Shown piece after piece: positions 51,885-64,000 of a DNA stretch of 64,000 nt. Made by a program: the position numbers and the translations under genes. Each line of letters starts with the position of its first letter. The stretch's first letter is position 1. This stretch comes from Ancylonema sp. (taxonomy: Eukaryota). The DNA is taken from NCBI GenBank assembly GCA_050230475.1, contig JBFLGF010000014.1, positions 62,001 to 126,000 on the forward strand. Direction: 5' to 3'. Below the pieces are notes generated by a model, which worked only from the letters and a program-made list of their open reading frames with translations, had not been told where the DNA came from and searched no databases.

Positions 51885-54800
51885 TGTTGGAACTTTCTTC
51901 TGCCATCGATGCAAGAATAAAAATTACTTCTTCTTAATCTCTTTGAATCAAGCAGATCACGTCATTACAAACGTTGACACAACAAAAGTGCAAGTTTGAA
52001 GTAGAAAGTATTGATTACAGAATTCAGCATACAAGCTCAGACCTAGTACAGTCGACTGTTGCCTGGTCAAAGAATCTACTGCTATCGAAACTACTTCGTC
52101 AACTGCCAATCATATCTAAGCATTCTGCCACATCAACTAGTTCTTATCGACACTTGTGCCAGAATCATTGAAACAAGGACATCGGCCTGCAGCCGGCCTG
52201 CAACCTGCCTGCAGCCTGCATTTGCTGAATAACGACAAAACTAAAGCTAAATTTCCGGTAATGCTAAAATCGATATAACGACAAAAGTTCACAGCCCCTA
52301 AAAACTAACACCCCCTCCCTGGGTATTTTTGTATTTCCCCTCCAAAAACGATAACCAAAACGATATCGATTTTACAAACACAAGTCGACAAAAACTCATT
52401 AAAAGTAAGAACCTCAACAAAATAAACGGATCAATGAACCATCTACAATTATTTTTCATACACCAACCCCACCAGATCACAATTCTTCTTCAATCAACAC
52501 CTTGACAGACACTGGTTTTGTCAACATATCAGCAGCCTGGTCTTCACTCTTGACAAACTGTAGACTGGTTTTTTTCTTGGACACCCTCTCTCGAATGGAA
52601 TGATACTTGATCTCGATGTGTTTGGAGCGCTTGTGAAAAATAGGATTTTCAGCAAGTTTCAAAGAACTCTCATTGTCTCCCAGCAATAGCACACTCCCCC
52701 CACCAATTCCTAACTCCTTTTGCATCTGGCTCAAATAAATGGCCTCATTTCCAGAGCACTCAATGCCAAATACTCACTTTCACAGCTTGAGTGTGTGACT
52801 GTCTCCAGGAGACCACTTTTCCAGCTCACAGCAGCTGCTCCACTAAGAAAGACATACCAGTTCTCCCCTTCCTAGTGTCGACGTCGTCACCATGACTAGC
52901 ATTCTGAGTAACCGATGACTGGCAAATCACCTTTTTTCTTATACATCAGCCCCAAATTGACAGTTTCCTTGAGATATCGCAAAACTCTCTTCTTGACCCC
53001 CTCCCAATGCTTGTTCCCTGGCTGCTGACTGTATTGACACAAGGAGTTAACAGCAGCTGCCAGATCAGGTCTTGTTCCAGAAGAGAGATACAGCCTGCCC
53101 ATTGCAGACTTGTAGCCCACACCCTCTATTCGAGCAGATTCAGAAGCAGATTCACAGTTTGCAGAAAATTTTACACCCAGCTCAAGAGGAGCAGAATTGC
53201 ATTGCATCCCAAGCTTGGTGAGGAGATCTCTGGCATATTTCTCTTGCACCAAAAACACGTTTCCATCAGACTGCCGTCGAATCTCAAGCCCCAGCAAGAA
53301 TTTCGCTTCCCCCAAGTCTTTCATGTTATACTTCTTTCCCAGCCCTCTTTTCACCCCAAAAATAGTATCATCCAGCCTGATGCAGAGGAGAAACACATTA
53401 TCCACATAGAGCGCCAAGTAGAGTGCTTCTGGCCCTGCTCCCAGAATATAAAGGTCAAAATCTGAAGCGAGACGATGAAACTGCAAGCTTTTCAGCACGT
53501 CGTCGATGTGCTGATTCCATCCTCTCGGTGCCTGCTTGAGGCCATACAAGCACCTGAGTAGTAGCCACACCAAATCTGCTTCACCAGGCCCACACGTGCC
53601 GTCAGGGGCCTTCATGTACACCTCCTCTTCCAGGGGTGCATGGAGAAAAGCTGTCGTTACATCCATCTGATGCATGTGTAGACCCCTGGAAGCTCCCATG
53701 GCAACAAGTTGGCGAATGCTCTCAAAACGAACAGTTGGAGAAAAGGTCTGATCGTAGTCCTCTCCCTCTACTTGACTGAATCCCTTAGCCACAATTCTTG
53801 CTTTGTATTTTTCTACACAACCATCTGCATTGAATTTGATTTTGAACACCCACTTTGACTTCACAACTTTCTTCCCCTTCGGCCTTGACACAAGTCGATA
53901 GACCTGGTTCTCTTGTAGACTTGCCATTTTTGCAGCCATTGCATCTTTCCACTCAACTGCTTGTGAACTGTTAAGAGCTTCCTCCACAGTCGTTGGTGTC
54001 TTTATCTCACTTTCCAAGTTGGCAACAAAAGCAGCAGCAAATCTGTTGGGATGCATTCCTCTGTTCTCCCTTGCAGATCGACGAACGGGCTCACGATCAT
54101 CGATAGAAGTTTCTGAAAAGTTGTCGTTCACGCCAAGTGGATTAAGAGGAGTAGCATCATCTGGATACCATTCTGGACCATCTTCCAGGTGATCTTCGTC
54201 CTCATCGTCTCCACTAGAATCGCTGACAAGTTCTGGAAGATCTGCACTTTGAGGAAGAGGAGATATCGGAAGCTGTGGCAATGGATTTCCGACAGCATCA
54301 GGGATCTCTTCATCGACAGAATTTGGATCGCCATAGGCAGGTTGCCCACCTCCAGAAATGCCTCCTCCGAGACCAACACTACCCCCTCCTGCTCCTTGAT
54401 CAACTGCATTTAGATCTGGCCATGGCATTTTTGTTTCTGCAACTGGCTCATGCACTCTTGCCTTCTTGCCAATTTTATGCCCCCTCCACCAGCTTTGCTT
54501 TACAGATTCATCGAAGTCTGCATGACCAGTGCCAACGTTGTGTACTTTGTTCGTTGCAGGATCCCAGACTCGGTAGCAAGGACTGTCGGGATTCCATCCA
54601 ACTAACACACCAAGCCAAGCCAGTGCACTCATTTTCCCTGCCCGATCTTGTTTCTCCAGTCGCACATAAACTTTGCGGCCGAATGATCGAAGATGATCAA
54701 CCTTTGGAACCTCTCCTGACCACATCTCTTCTAGAGTCCTTGCAAGACCGCGGACTTGACATCGATTTCTGAGATATGAAGCTAAGGAGATTGCTTCTGC

Positions 54801-57340
54801 CCACAAACCAGGAGGAAGTTGCATGTGCAAAAGCATAGAGCGAGCCCTGTCTTGCAACGTACGATTCATGCGCTCAGTGATTGCATTGCCTTGAGGAGTG
54901 TTTGGCGGAGTTGTCTCATGTCTGATGCCTCTGTTTTTGAGCCGCCACTTCTGCAGATCACCATCGATAAACTCACCTCCTCGAGATCTCAGATTAACAG
55001 GTGGTTTTCCAGCTTGTCTTTCCATATTGCGATCCATTGCTTCAGACGAGGAGCTCCATCATCTTTGCTGCGAAGTATTTCCACCCATGATTTTCGACTG
55101 TGTTCATCGACGAGCACCATGTTGTACACTCCTCCCCCTATTGATGCTGGATTGAACGGCCTTGCCAAGTCCACCGACACTCTTCCTAGGCAGACTTGTT
55201 CTCCTGCACCACCTTCTCGTCGAGGATGAGGTTTGTCGTGTGCCTTCCCCAGCTTGCACCCTTCACAATTTTGCAGAACTCCTGAGATGCCTCCTTCCAG
55301 TCCTCGTACAAAGATGTTGTCGTGCCACATTTTTGAGCACTCTCTCATTTGCCATGCCCAAGTCTCGTGTGCAGGAGGTCGATTTCGACTGCAGCTACAA
55401 CAGCTTCCCCTTCAGTAAGGTTGCTGATGTCGAACCGGTGTGCAGATTAGAGTTTTTCGACCTCTCGAAGTTTCTTGCAGAGTGCAGACTTGTTGTCCAG
55501 ATTTGTTGTAAACTGGAATGATGCCACCAGCTTTTCCACTGCAAGCGTAAGACCACCCTGCTTCTCTGGCTTTCTGACCGCTGAACAAATTAATGCGCAT
55601 CCCAGGAATGTACAAACATTTCTTGAGTGTTACTCCTCCACACTCTCCCTCAGTATTCAACTCAATTGTTCCCCATTATTTCACTCGCACACTTCCGACC
55701 AGATGATGCATGATGACCTCGTGTGGAATGTCTTCGAGGATTTTGAAAAGATTTTTCTGCCCACAGGAATGGTGACTGGAACCATCGTCGAAAAGGAAAT
55801 CTTTCTCTGCATCATCATCATCCGCAACATTTCCTTCACAGATCTCAGCGATGACAGCTTCTCCATGACCACAGCTCTTCTCCTCATCGATTTCGCCAAC
55901 GAAAGTTTTTCTCCCAGTGCGTACCCCCTTTCTTTGCATTCGTGGAGCTTCGTTTTTCTTATCGAAACATGTGAATTCCACATGACCAATGGCTCCACAA
56001 TATCTGCATTCTTCGTTTTTCTTGGAGCAGCCTGTCTCTGCTGTAGTGACTTGTCTCTCCACAAGTATAGCAGGAATGTCCTCCACTTGATCCACTGCCT
56101 CCACCTCTGCCTCCACGACCACCTATGATTCCACGATTATCTGCTGAATACCCCCTGAATGTACCCCTGCCTCCACGATTGTCGATACCACCACCTCTGC
56201 CTTGGCTTGAAAATTTTTGTTGCGCTGACCACTTAGCATAGTTTGCCTCTACAACTAGTGCCTCAGCATCTTTGACATCTTTTTCTTTCTTGTCGTCCAG
56301 CTCATCCATTCCCATCTGCCCCCAGATCCAGCTGATCCCAGGTGCCTCTTTCTGTCCATAGTAAAGCTTCTTCAACATGCCGTATTTTGTTCTTGACATG
56401 CCAGCAAACAATGCCATCACCTGGTCTTCTGCGCTGACTAGAAATTTTTTTTGATGTACACACTCTCTGATGATCGACAGAGAAGTATTCTTGATTTCTC
56501 TGACTGGCATCTTTTCACGATCTTGAAAGAGTTCAGCTTTTCTTTTGCAATCTGTCGAAGTTCTGGAGACACCTTGTCATACTCCTTTGTCAGATAGTCC
56601 CGTCCCACATCGCCGTTGGATCTCGTTCAAATTGTTTGTTCAAGTGATGTAGCGATGTCGTCACTGACAAATTGCATGCATGAGTAGCATGACTGCCTTC
56701 TTTGATCTTTTGCGGAAGCTTATGACATCAAGTGTATACTGCTCCATTTTTGCTTCATTTGTTAGCTATCTGGCTGTAACCTCAGTTGGAATAGTCTCTG
56801 TTCCTTTGCAGATCTCAAGGCACTCGGCATCATCAAGAGTAGTTGAGGCCTTAGATTTCCATGCTTGAAAGGTAACTTTATCTCCATCCAGAATGCAGTA
56901 CCCTGCTCTGATACCAGTGTTAGAACTTTTTATGCAAGAATAAAGTTCACTTCTTCTTAATCTCTTTGAATCAAGCAGATCACGTCATTACAAACGATGA
57001 CACAACAAAAGTGCAAGTTTGAAGTAGAAAGTATTGATTGCAGAATTCAGCATGCAAGCTCAAACCTAGTACAGTCGATTGCTGCCTGGTCAAAGAATCT
57101 ACTGCTATCGAAACTACTTCGTCAACTAAACATATCTAAGCACTCTGCCACATCAACTAGTTCTTATCGACACTTGTGCCAGATGGCCAAGTAATCATTG
57201 AAACAAGGACATCGGCCTGCAGCCGGCCTGCAGCGTGCCTGCAGCCTGCATTTGCTGAATAACGACAAAACTAAAGCTAAATTTCCGGTATTGCTAAAAT
57301 CGATATAACGACAAAAGGTTCACAGCCCCTAAAAACAACA
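51885..57340 (-). mobile_element. Full-length degenerate Ty1/Copia LTR retrotransposon
   Basis: TG...CA LTRs at 51885-52310 and 56918-57340; perfect TSD TTAAA; PBS TGGTATCAGAGC at 56905-56916 (-); PPT AGGGAGGGGG at 52311-52320 (-). Confidence 0.97.
52477..56880 (-). pseudogene. Copia gag-pol, frameshifted
   Basis: Knuckles CYTCGETSH and CRYCGAIGHVEFTC; protease FLFDDGSSHH; integrase RGGEF and TPQGNAITERMNRTL; RT KYKARIVAKGF, LYGLKQAPR, YVDN; RNase H RSKHIEIKYH and ADMLTKP. Confidence 0.95.
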
Positions 57341-57548
57341 TTAAATGTTAAAAACAAGGTTCAACGCATAATCATTGGACAACGCAATTGGAAAATCTAA
57401 CAAAAAAAACAAAAAAAAAAAACAAAAAAAAACGCAAGGTTGTTTGCAACTTGGATGAGCGATTTTGACTTGCCATTGCTTTCGCTTAAGCATTCAGAAA
57501 TAAATGTGCTCCCCTTGGAACGTTTGAGAAAAATACCGAATATCCATA

Positions 57549-57833
57549 CATAGTTGGGCGCGCACATGTGCGCGGGTTTGGCGCACATGGTCATACATAG
57601 TTGGGCTCGCACATGTACGCATCGCGCACATGTTCCGAACATGTGAGCATTGCGCACCTCCTGACAAATTCCAAATTTGAATATATGTTGATAGCCGCCG
57701 CTCATAGTAGTAAATGTTTTAATTCTTTTTATCATCATTGTTATTTTCTAGATGGGCGCGCGCACATGTGCGCGGGTTTGAGCGCACATATTCTGAATAT
57801 GTGCGCAATTCTAGTTGTGTGCGCCCAACTATG
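57549..57833. mobile_element. hAT-type MITE
   Basis: TIR CATAGTTGGGCGC; flanks ATCCATA/ATCCATG; internal GCGCACATGTGCGC repeats. Confidence 0.75.
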
Positions 57834-59794
57834 ATCCATGATAAATAACCACGACAAATAATCATCCCGTATGTCTTATATGATTCTTGTGAGCATTCTT
57901 TCTTTTTTTCCCATAGATACGTGCCATCATAGAAAGGTAACGAGTGTGTCGTCCTACACGTGTTATATTGCGAAAAAATACTTTCATACATAGAAAGAAA
58001 ATCCAATTTAATTTTCTCACTTGGCCAAAACTTTGCGTCTACAAAGACGCGATAACGTACACAAATTTTGAGCCGTACTTTACCGTAATTTTGTCATACT
58101 TTCGTCACGTGATTACGATAGAGCTGAGATCACGGTAGAACTTGCACCTACGCATCCTCCGTGAAGGTGCCTTTACAGCATACGAACAAACTATAAAAGG
58201 TGTCTAAATTAGTACCTTGAAAATTTACAACTTGTCTAATCTAATATGAATCTTCCAAAATTTGACGTACAAATTTGACGTATATTGATTTTCTGTACGT
58301 CCCCCCCCCCTCCCCCCGATCCCGTTATTATTATTTAGACAAGTTTTATTGTTACCACTAAGTCCATACGTAGAGTTGGCGATACCGATGCCCGGATATG
58401 CGGTAGGGGGTAGGGATCTCAGCCCAACCGCAGTTGGCTCGGTTGGGGTAGGGCGGTAGGAGAAAATCGGTCTATACAGACTCATAGTTGGGTCTTTGTC
58501 GTGCGCGATGTGAGAGCGCAAATCTTGCGCACGGTGCGCGACCATAGGAGTTCAAATTATATTATCACCCACCACCCCCCCCCCGGGTACTTCCCACCCC
58601 CCTCGACGTGCGAGATATTCCCAAAATCGTGAAATATAATTGATAAACCGGTTACAACGGTGGTTGTACCGTACCAGCCAGAGATAACGCGCTAAAAAAT
58701 AATTACCATTTTGCCTGGCACACACGTTTTTGGCGCGTACTGGAATAATCATTTTGAACACGCTGGCGCATACTTTTTACGCATATAAATTAATAAAATC
58801 GACGAAAATTTGGCGCAGTACAAAAGTTCAATACAAAAAAATCGAGAACACCTGGCGCAGTTTGAAATCGTTAGTTCAAAATTTGTATTTCGCACACGTT
58901 TGGCGCGTGCTAATTAATTTATAAATCGTTGGCGTAACTGTTTGGAGCCTACTTCTAATTAATAATTTTCCAATTTGCTGGCGCATTATCTATGGCTGGT
59001 ACGGTATACTCCTTAGGGACTAAAACGTATCCAAATCGTACTACCTACACTGTAAAATGTTCAATACTCTCTACTTGGTCAAATTTCGACGTCCGAAATT
59101 CGATTACTGATATTGCCCCGGTGCGGCACGCGTGCGCAAATGATGTGCACGGTGCGTGCCCAACTAAGTATATACTAGTATCTAGTTACTATATGACAAA
59201 TTTCTCCACCGGTTACTATATTTTGCTTTCACCTATTACTTAAAAGCTTAATAATAAACTTAATGACAATGATGCATATTTGTGTATTTTAGGTGATAGA
59301 TCAATCCTTTTTATTTTTTTGGTTGCAACTTAAACATTTGATTTCACGACGGGGAAAAAAAACTCTACCGTCTTTCTCTTTTCCTACCGCTCCATACCGT
59401 CTCCCTACCGATTTCCATACCGCCTACCGCCACCCTACTCATTAGTAGACTAATAGACTAAGTAGTGAGCACTGGCTATTTTGCACTCTATGGAGTTCGA
59501 TATAACGTGTGAGGCCCTAAATTGTATAATGCAACGTTGTAATTGGTTCACCAATTACATTTCAAGATTTTGGAAACATCCCGCACCCCCTGGGTATAGG
59601 AAGTTACCCACCCCCACCCCTGAGTAATAATATAATTTTTAAAAGGTGGCCGAGAAGCCTTCCCATACATATACTAGTAGTGCGGGCATCTTACTTCGAT
59701 GGTTTGATGACGTTGTTCTTACAATTTTCGTTCCAAAATTCAATTTTGCATCCAGCTTCTGAATTTGGAGTTTCGAAACTTTGAAACGTTCGTA

Positions 59795-59928
59795 TTTTAG
59801 CCATTTTGCCAACTGCCCAGCCGCACCCCACCCGGGTGGCACTTTCCTAACCGGGCGGCGGTTGGAATGCGGTAGGGAAAAAGCCACCTGGATTGGGTGC
59901 GGTTGGGCGGTTGGCAAAATGGCTAAAA
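59795..59928. repeat. Inverted repeat with ~36-bp arms
   Basis: TTTTAGCCATTTTGCCAACTGCCCAGCCGCACCC ... GGGTGCGGTTGGGCGGTTGGCAAAATGGCTAAAA. Confidence 0.85.
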
Positions 59929-60460
59929 AAAACTAAAGTTACCTACCTCGGGAAAAAACGCGGAGGTAACAACCCTAATCCCCCCACGCAGAGACTTTGT
60001 CGTTTCGCCTGGCTCCGTAGCCCTGATGCCACAAGCCGGCCTACAAAGACCCCGAACGTGCGAATGCCGCACCCTGGATAATACTTTCAACATTATACCG
60101 TACTACATAACCCACGCTACATAACCCATACCATCTTTCGAAGGTAATCAATGCTGCCGGTGGAAGCGATGAGTGAGCGGTCTATCCCTGCACACTTTTT
60201 CAATTTTGGGACGCTGTTGGACAGGGCCATTGCGTCGTTTTCCTCGGTCAAGCCTCTCTCAGGCGTTGTGTACGTGGTTCTGAGCGCAGAGTTGGTCATG
60301 CGGACACAGATGTGAGGCGTTTGGTCTGGCAGTTCAGACTCAGCATTCCCATCTCGCTGTCTCCTCTGCAAGCTGCTCCTGGATATAATCGTAGACGTTC
60401 CATCATGGGAATGACGTACTGAAGGGGATGCGGACACCTTGAAGTGTTGTGATAGTAGCC

Positions 60461-63400
60461 ATGAAGAGCACGAAGAAGAAGGGGGGGAAGGGATGGCCAA
60501 AACATTCAAAGGGACAGCCCGCGGCCGTGGAAATAAGCAGGTACCTCACATATCACGAGTATGCATGGAAATTCCACTGCTTCTTATTGGTAAAAAAGTG
60601 GAAATTGATGTTCAGAGATTCAGCATAAGATTTTTATTCGGCTACCAGGTGAGTAATGCAGGGGTCTCCGGGGCTCCTGGTCGCAAGGACCGCACAGACC
60701 GAGCTTGCATGTATGTTGCGCGCCTCTGACATGCACAACATTGTCAGCCGGTGCGGTCCACCGCGCACGAGTTACTTGGTCGTCCACCTTGTCTATCAAC
60801 AACAAATGTGGGGGCTTGGGGGTGATTACTCCCACACACCGGAGATAAAGCTATCCTTACTAACCCCTCCGTACCAAACCTCTGTTCACTTCTCTTGTGT
60901 CACTCCAGGGACATGTATGGTTTCCCCATTCGCCCTCAGTACCGTGAGGTGTACGAAAAATACGCCAAAATGTATCTGGTAAGTCAGTTATCCGTTTGTA
61001 CCTCGCAACTGACCAGCCCACTGCCGCCCTGTTCATTTGAATCCCGTAACCATAACCTCTCCCGCACTCGTGACCGCAAGCGAAACGAGCAGGGGTCGTG
61101 GTTGGCTCACTGTATCCGAATCCGGTGCGTTGTTTCAGGTGGAGGAAGAAGAGCGGTCGGATCGCTGGGACGCGTTTCTGAACGGTTGTGGGGAACCCAG
61201 TGGTCCGGACCTCGCCTTCTCTAGGGAAGACTCCACCCCCCCATCCGAGCCTGCCGCCTCAGGAGCAGAGGCTGGGGGGGAGGCACCCAGTGGCCGCTTG
61301 CAGCGCAGCAGCGGGTCGCAGGGGTCGCAGTTTTGGGCAGGGCTGCGGCCCTTTCTGTGGCCGGTGGAGAAAGCACTGCATGGGAGGGCAGAGGAAAAGG
61401 CGAAACTCAAACAGGGGGGGCTGAATAGGACCTTCTCGATCCCCCTCCTCAAGGGGGGGGATGAGTATGGAGTGGGGAAAGGAGGGGTTGGGGGGGAGGG
61501 AGGGGGAGGAGGGGGTCTGAGGAGGGCACAGTCGGGGTTTCCGATGGTTTCAGGGGGGGAGAACGGGAAGGAAGAGGGAGGGAGGGGGGGGGGGGGGGAG
61601 GGGAGTCCGGGAGAAGGATTGGGTTTGAGCCCATTGGGTTTGAGCACATTGGGCCCAATTTCCCACGCACCCCTCAAAGAGGAAGCTGCGCCCGTCACCA
61701 ACTTCTCGCCCCAGTCCAAAATCGGAGCCCTCATCCGCCAGCGGTCGGGGATCCCCCTGCCGCCCAACAAAGACGGGGGGGCGGGGGGGAGGGGGCTGCA
61801 GAGGAGTGTGTCCGGCATGCAGCGGGCGGTTGGGGGGGAGGAGGCGGACCCAACCACGACCCCGTCCCTCCGCAGGTCCATGTCCGGAATCTCGGACGAC
61901 GGGGGGGGGGCGGTGATGGCCGAGGTTTACGAGGAAGGCATGGAGGGGGAGGAGAGGAGCGAGGGTGGGGGCGGGGCGGGTGGGGAGGTGGAGTGGTCGC
62001 GGGAGCTGCAGCAGCTGGTGCAGGGGGGTGTGCCCATGGCGCTTCGTGGCGAGTTGTGGCAAGTGTTTGTGGGCACCAAGGGGAGGAGGGAGGAGGGGAA
62101 GTACGATGGCTACTTGGACGAGGGGGGGGGGGAGACGGCATCCAATGGGACAGGCGGCAGTTTTGAGGACATCTATGCGCGAATCCGAGCCAAGGACGAG
62201 GCGGAAGTGTTCACGTCTCAAATCGAAAAGGTGAGGGGGAGGAGGGGGGGACAGTGGGGGACAGGGGCATGCGGGCAGTGGGGGGCTCGTCGCTGGGGGC
62301 AGCTCACAGAGAATCTGAGGGTCTGGGGTCCAGGATCTCCCGCGCACGTTCCCTGGTCACCCCGCCCTGGACGCCATCGGCCGCGACGCGCTCCGTCGGG
62401 TCCTGATCGCGTACGCGCGTCGTACCCCGGAGGTGGGGTACTGCCAGGGGATGAACTTTCTGGCGGGCCTGCTGCTGCTGCTGATGCCGGAGGAGAACGC
62501 GTTCTGGACTCTTTGCGGGCTCATGGAGGAGTACATGGAGGGGTACTACTCCGAGTCCATGATCGAGGCGCAGGTGGACCAGCTGTGCTTCGACGACCTC
62601 GTCAGAGATAACTTCCCAAGGCTAGGTGGGAATACGCTTCGGCCCCTGCTCCCCTCCAAGGTCCTGTAGGGAGGCCCACCTAACGGAGCGGGGGGCGTTG
62701 GGGTGGGTTGGGGGGTGCAGTTGGGCACCTGGACATGCTGGGTGTCCAGGTGACGTGGGTGAGCGGCCCCTGGTTCCTCTCCGTGTTCGTCAACGTCCTC
62801 CCCTGGGAGTGCGTGCTGCGCGTATGGGACGTGCTGCTCTACGAGGGCAACCGCAGCCAGCTGTTCCGAACGGGGCTGGCGCTGCTGCAGCTGCACTCCG
62901 CTGCACTGCTGGACTCGTATGACCCGGGGGACGCCATGGCGCTGCTGCAGTCCATTGCGGGGGCCACGTTCGACGGGAGCGAGCTCGTGTTTGCGGCCTG
63001 TCTCGGATACCCGGACGTGGACGAACTCATGCTGACCGTAAGGGGGGGGGGGGGCTGGGGGGGGCGGGGGGGATGGGGTTGGGCTGACGGGGTGGAGAGG
63101 TTTGTGTGCAGGAGCTGAGGGACAAACACCGCCCCACAGTGCTCAAGATGTTGCGCGATCGTCAGCAGTCTCTGGCTCGCTACCAGTCCGTGAAGATCAA
63201 CCGGATGACAGCAGAAGCGGTGCAGCAGCAGCAGCAGCAGCAGCAGGCTATGGGGGAGGGGGGGGGGGAGGTGACGCCCTCCCCCACCCCTCCCAAACCC
63301 AACGACGTGGCGGCGGCACTCCAAACCCATCGCTTGTCCCTCATGAAGCACCAGAGCATGAAGGGCGCTGACATCAGCAAGGTGCTGGAGGAGCTGCCAG

Positions 63401-64000
63401 CTGCCCCTCTGGTGGCGGATACCCGGGCTGGAGCGGGGTCCACCCTCAGGAGACTGCCCTCGGGGGGACTGGCGCTGAAGAGGTTGGGGATGGGCGGGGG
63501 GGGGGGGCTGGCGAGGGTTCAATCGCTGTCGGCTTCGCCCGAGGGTGCCGAGAAGAAGGCGCGCGTGGGGGAGGCCCTGTCCACCCACCGATCCTCCGTG
63601 GTGCGCCACCGCAGCATGCACTCGCCGCAGCTGGGGAAGGTGGCGGAGGAGAGCATGGAGGGGGTGGGGGGGGAGGGGAACCTGGGGTCGGGGTTGGGGT
63701 TGGGGGTGGGGCGGAAGCAGCCTGTGCTGTCGCGGCTGGTGAGTCTTTTTGGTGCCTCGGCCATTATGGTCATGGACGTTGGGGCGATGATGGAGGAGGA
63801 GGCGAGGGGGGACGGGGGGGAGGAGAAGGGGGAGGCGGAGGGTGGTTCGTCGGACGGTACCGTGCAGGAAGCGGAGGAGGGGGAGGACGGGGAGGAGCAC
63901 CTCCTGGCGCAGATCGAGTGGCTCAAGGAGCAGCTGGTGATGGTGCTGGAGGGTCAGGATGAGGCCCAGATGAGGGTGGAGGAGCTGCAGGCGGCGCTGG
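60461..64000 (+). CDS. TBC-domain Rab GTPase-activating protein (plant gyp1p superfamily), 3' truncated by the window end
   Basis: Exons 60461-60540, 60909-60978, 61139-62230, 62334-62625, ~62721-63037, ~63112-end. Motifs RDMYGF, EEEERSDRW, GVPMALRGELWQ, Arg finger IEKDLPRTFPGH, Gln finger YCQGMNF, LRVWDVLLYEG. Confidence 0.93.

Noticed and set aside
58700..58990. Clustered TTGGCGC motifs resembling E2F sites
   Set aside because: More simply explained as transposon subterminal repeats; element ends could not be defined.

Overview
Eukaryotic nuclear DNA with spliceosomal introns, probably from a non-seed streptophyte such as a charophyte alga. This is inferred from plant-type DRP1, S40, O-fucosyltransferase and NDPK genes, plant-type tRNA-iMet primer sites and a DNMT-bearing Ty3/Gypsy element. 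Seven host genes are supported: O-fucosyltransferase (-), organellar NDPK (+), TRAPPC13 (+), S40/DUF584 (-), a hybrid histidine kinase (-), DRP1 (+) and a TBC Rab-GAP (+, runs off the window end). They sit among two full-length degenerate Ty1/Copia elements, a solo LTR, and many hAT-, MULE- and pogo-type non-autonomous transposons with visible target-site duplications (TSDs). The most notable structure is a nested Ty3/Gypsy-like element at about 5.7-17.7 kb. It reads gag, protease, then a C5 DNA-methyltransferase-like domain lacking its catalytic motifs, and reaches a polypurine tract (PPT) and LTR with no RT, RNase H or integrase visible. A second notable feature is a histidine-kinase intron flanked by a duplicated, synonymously diverged LRTPMTG coding segment. 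Single Ns at 14660 and 21284 may be collapsed assembly gaps and limit claims of contiguity. All assignments come from motif recognition by eye; no database search was run.
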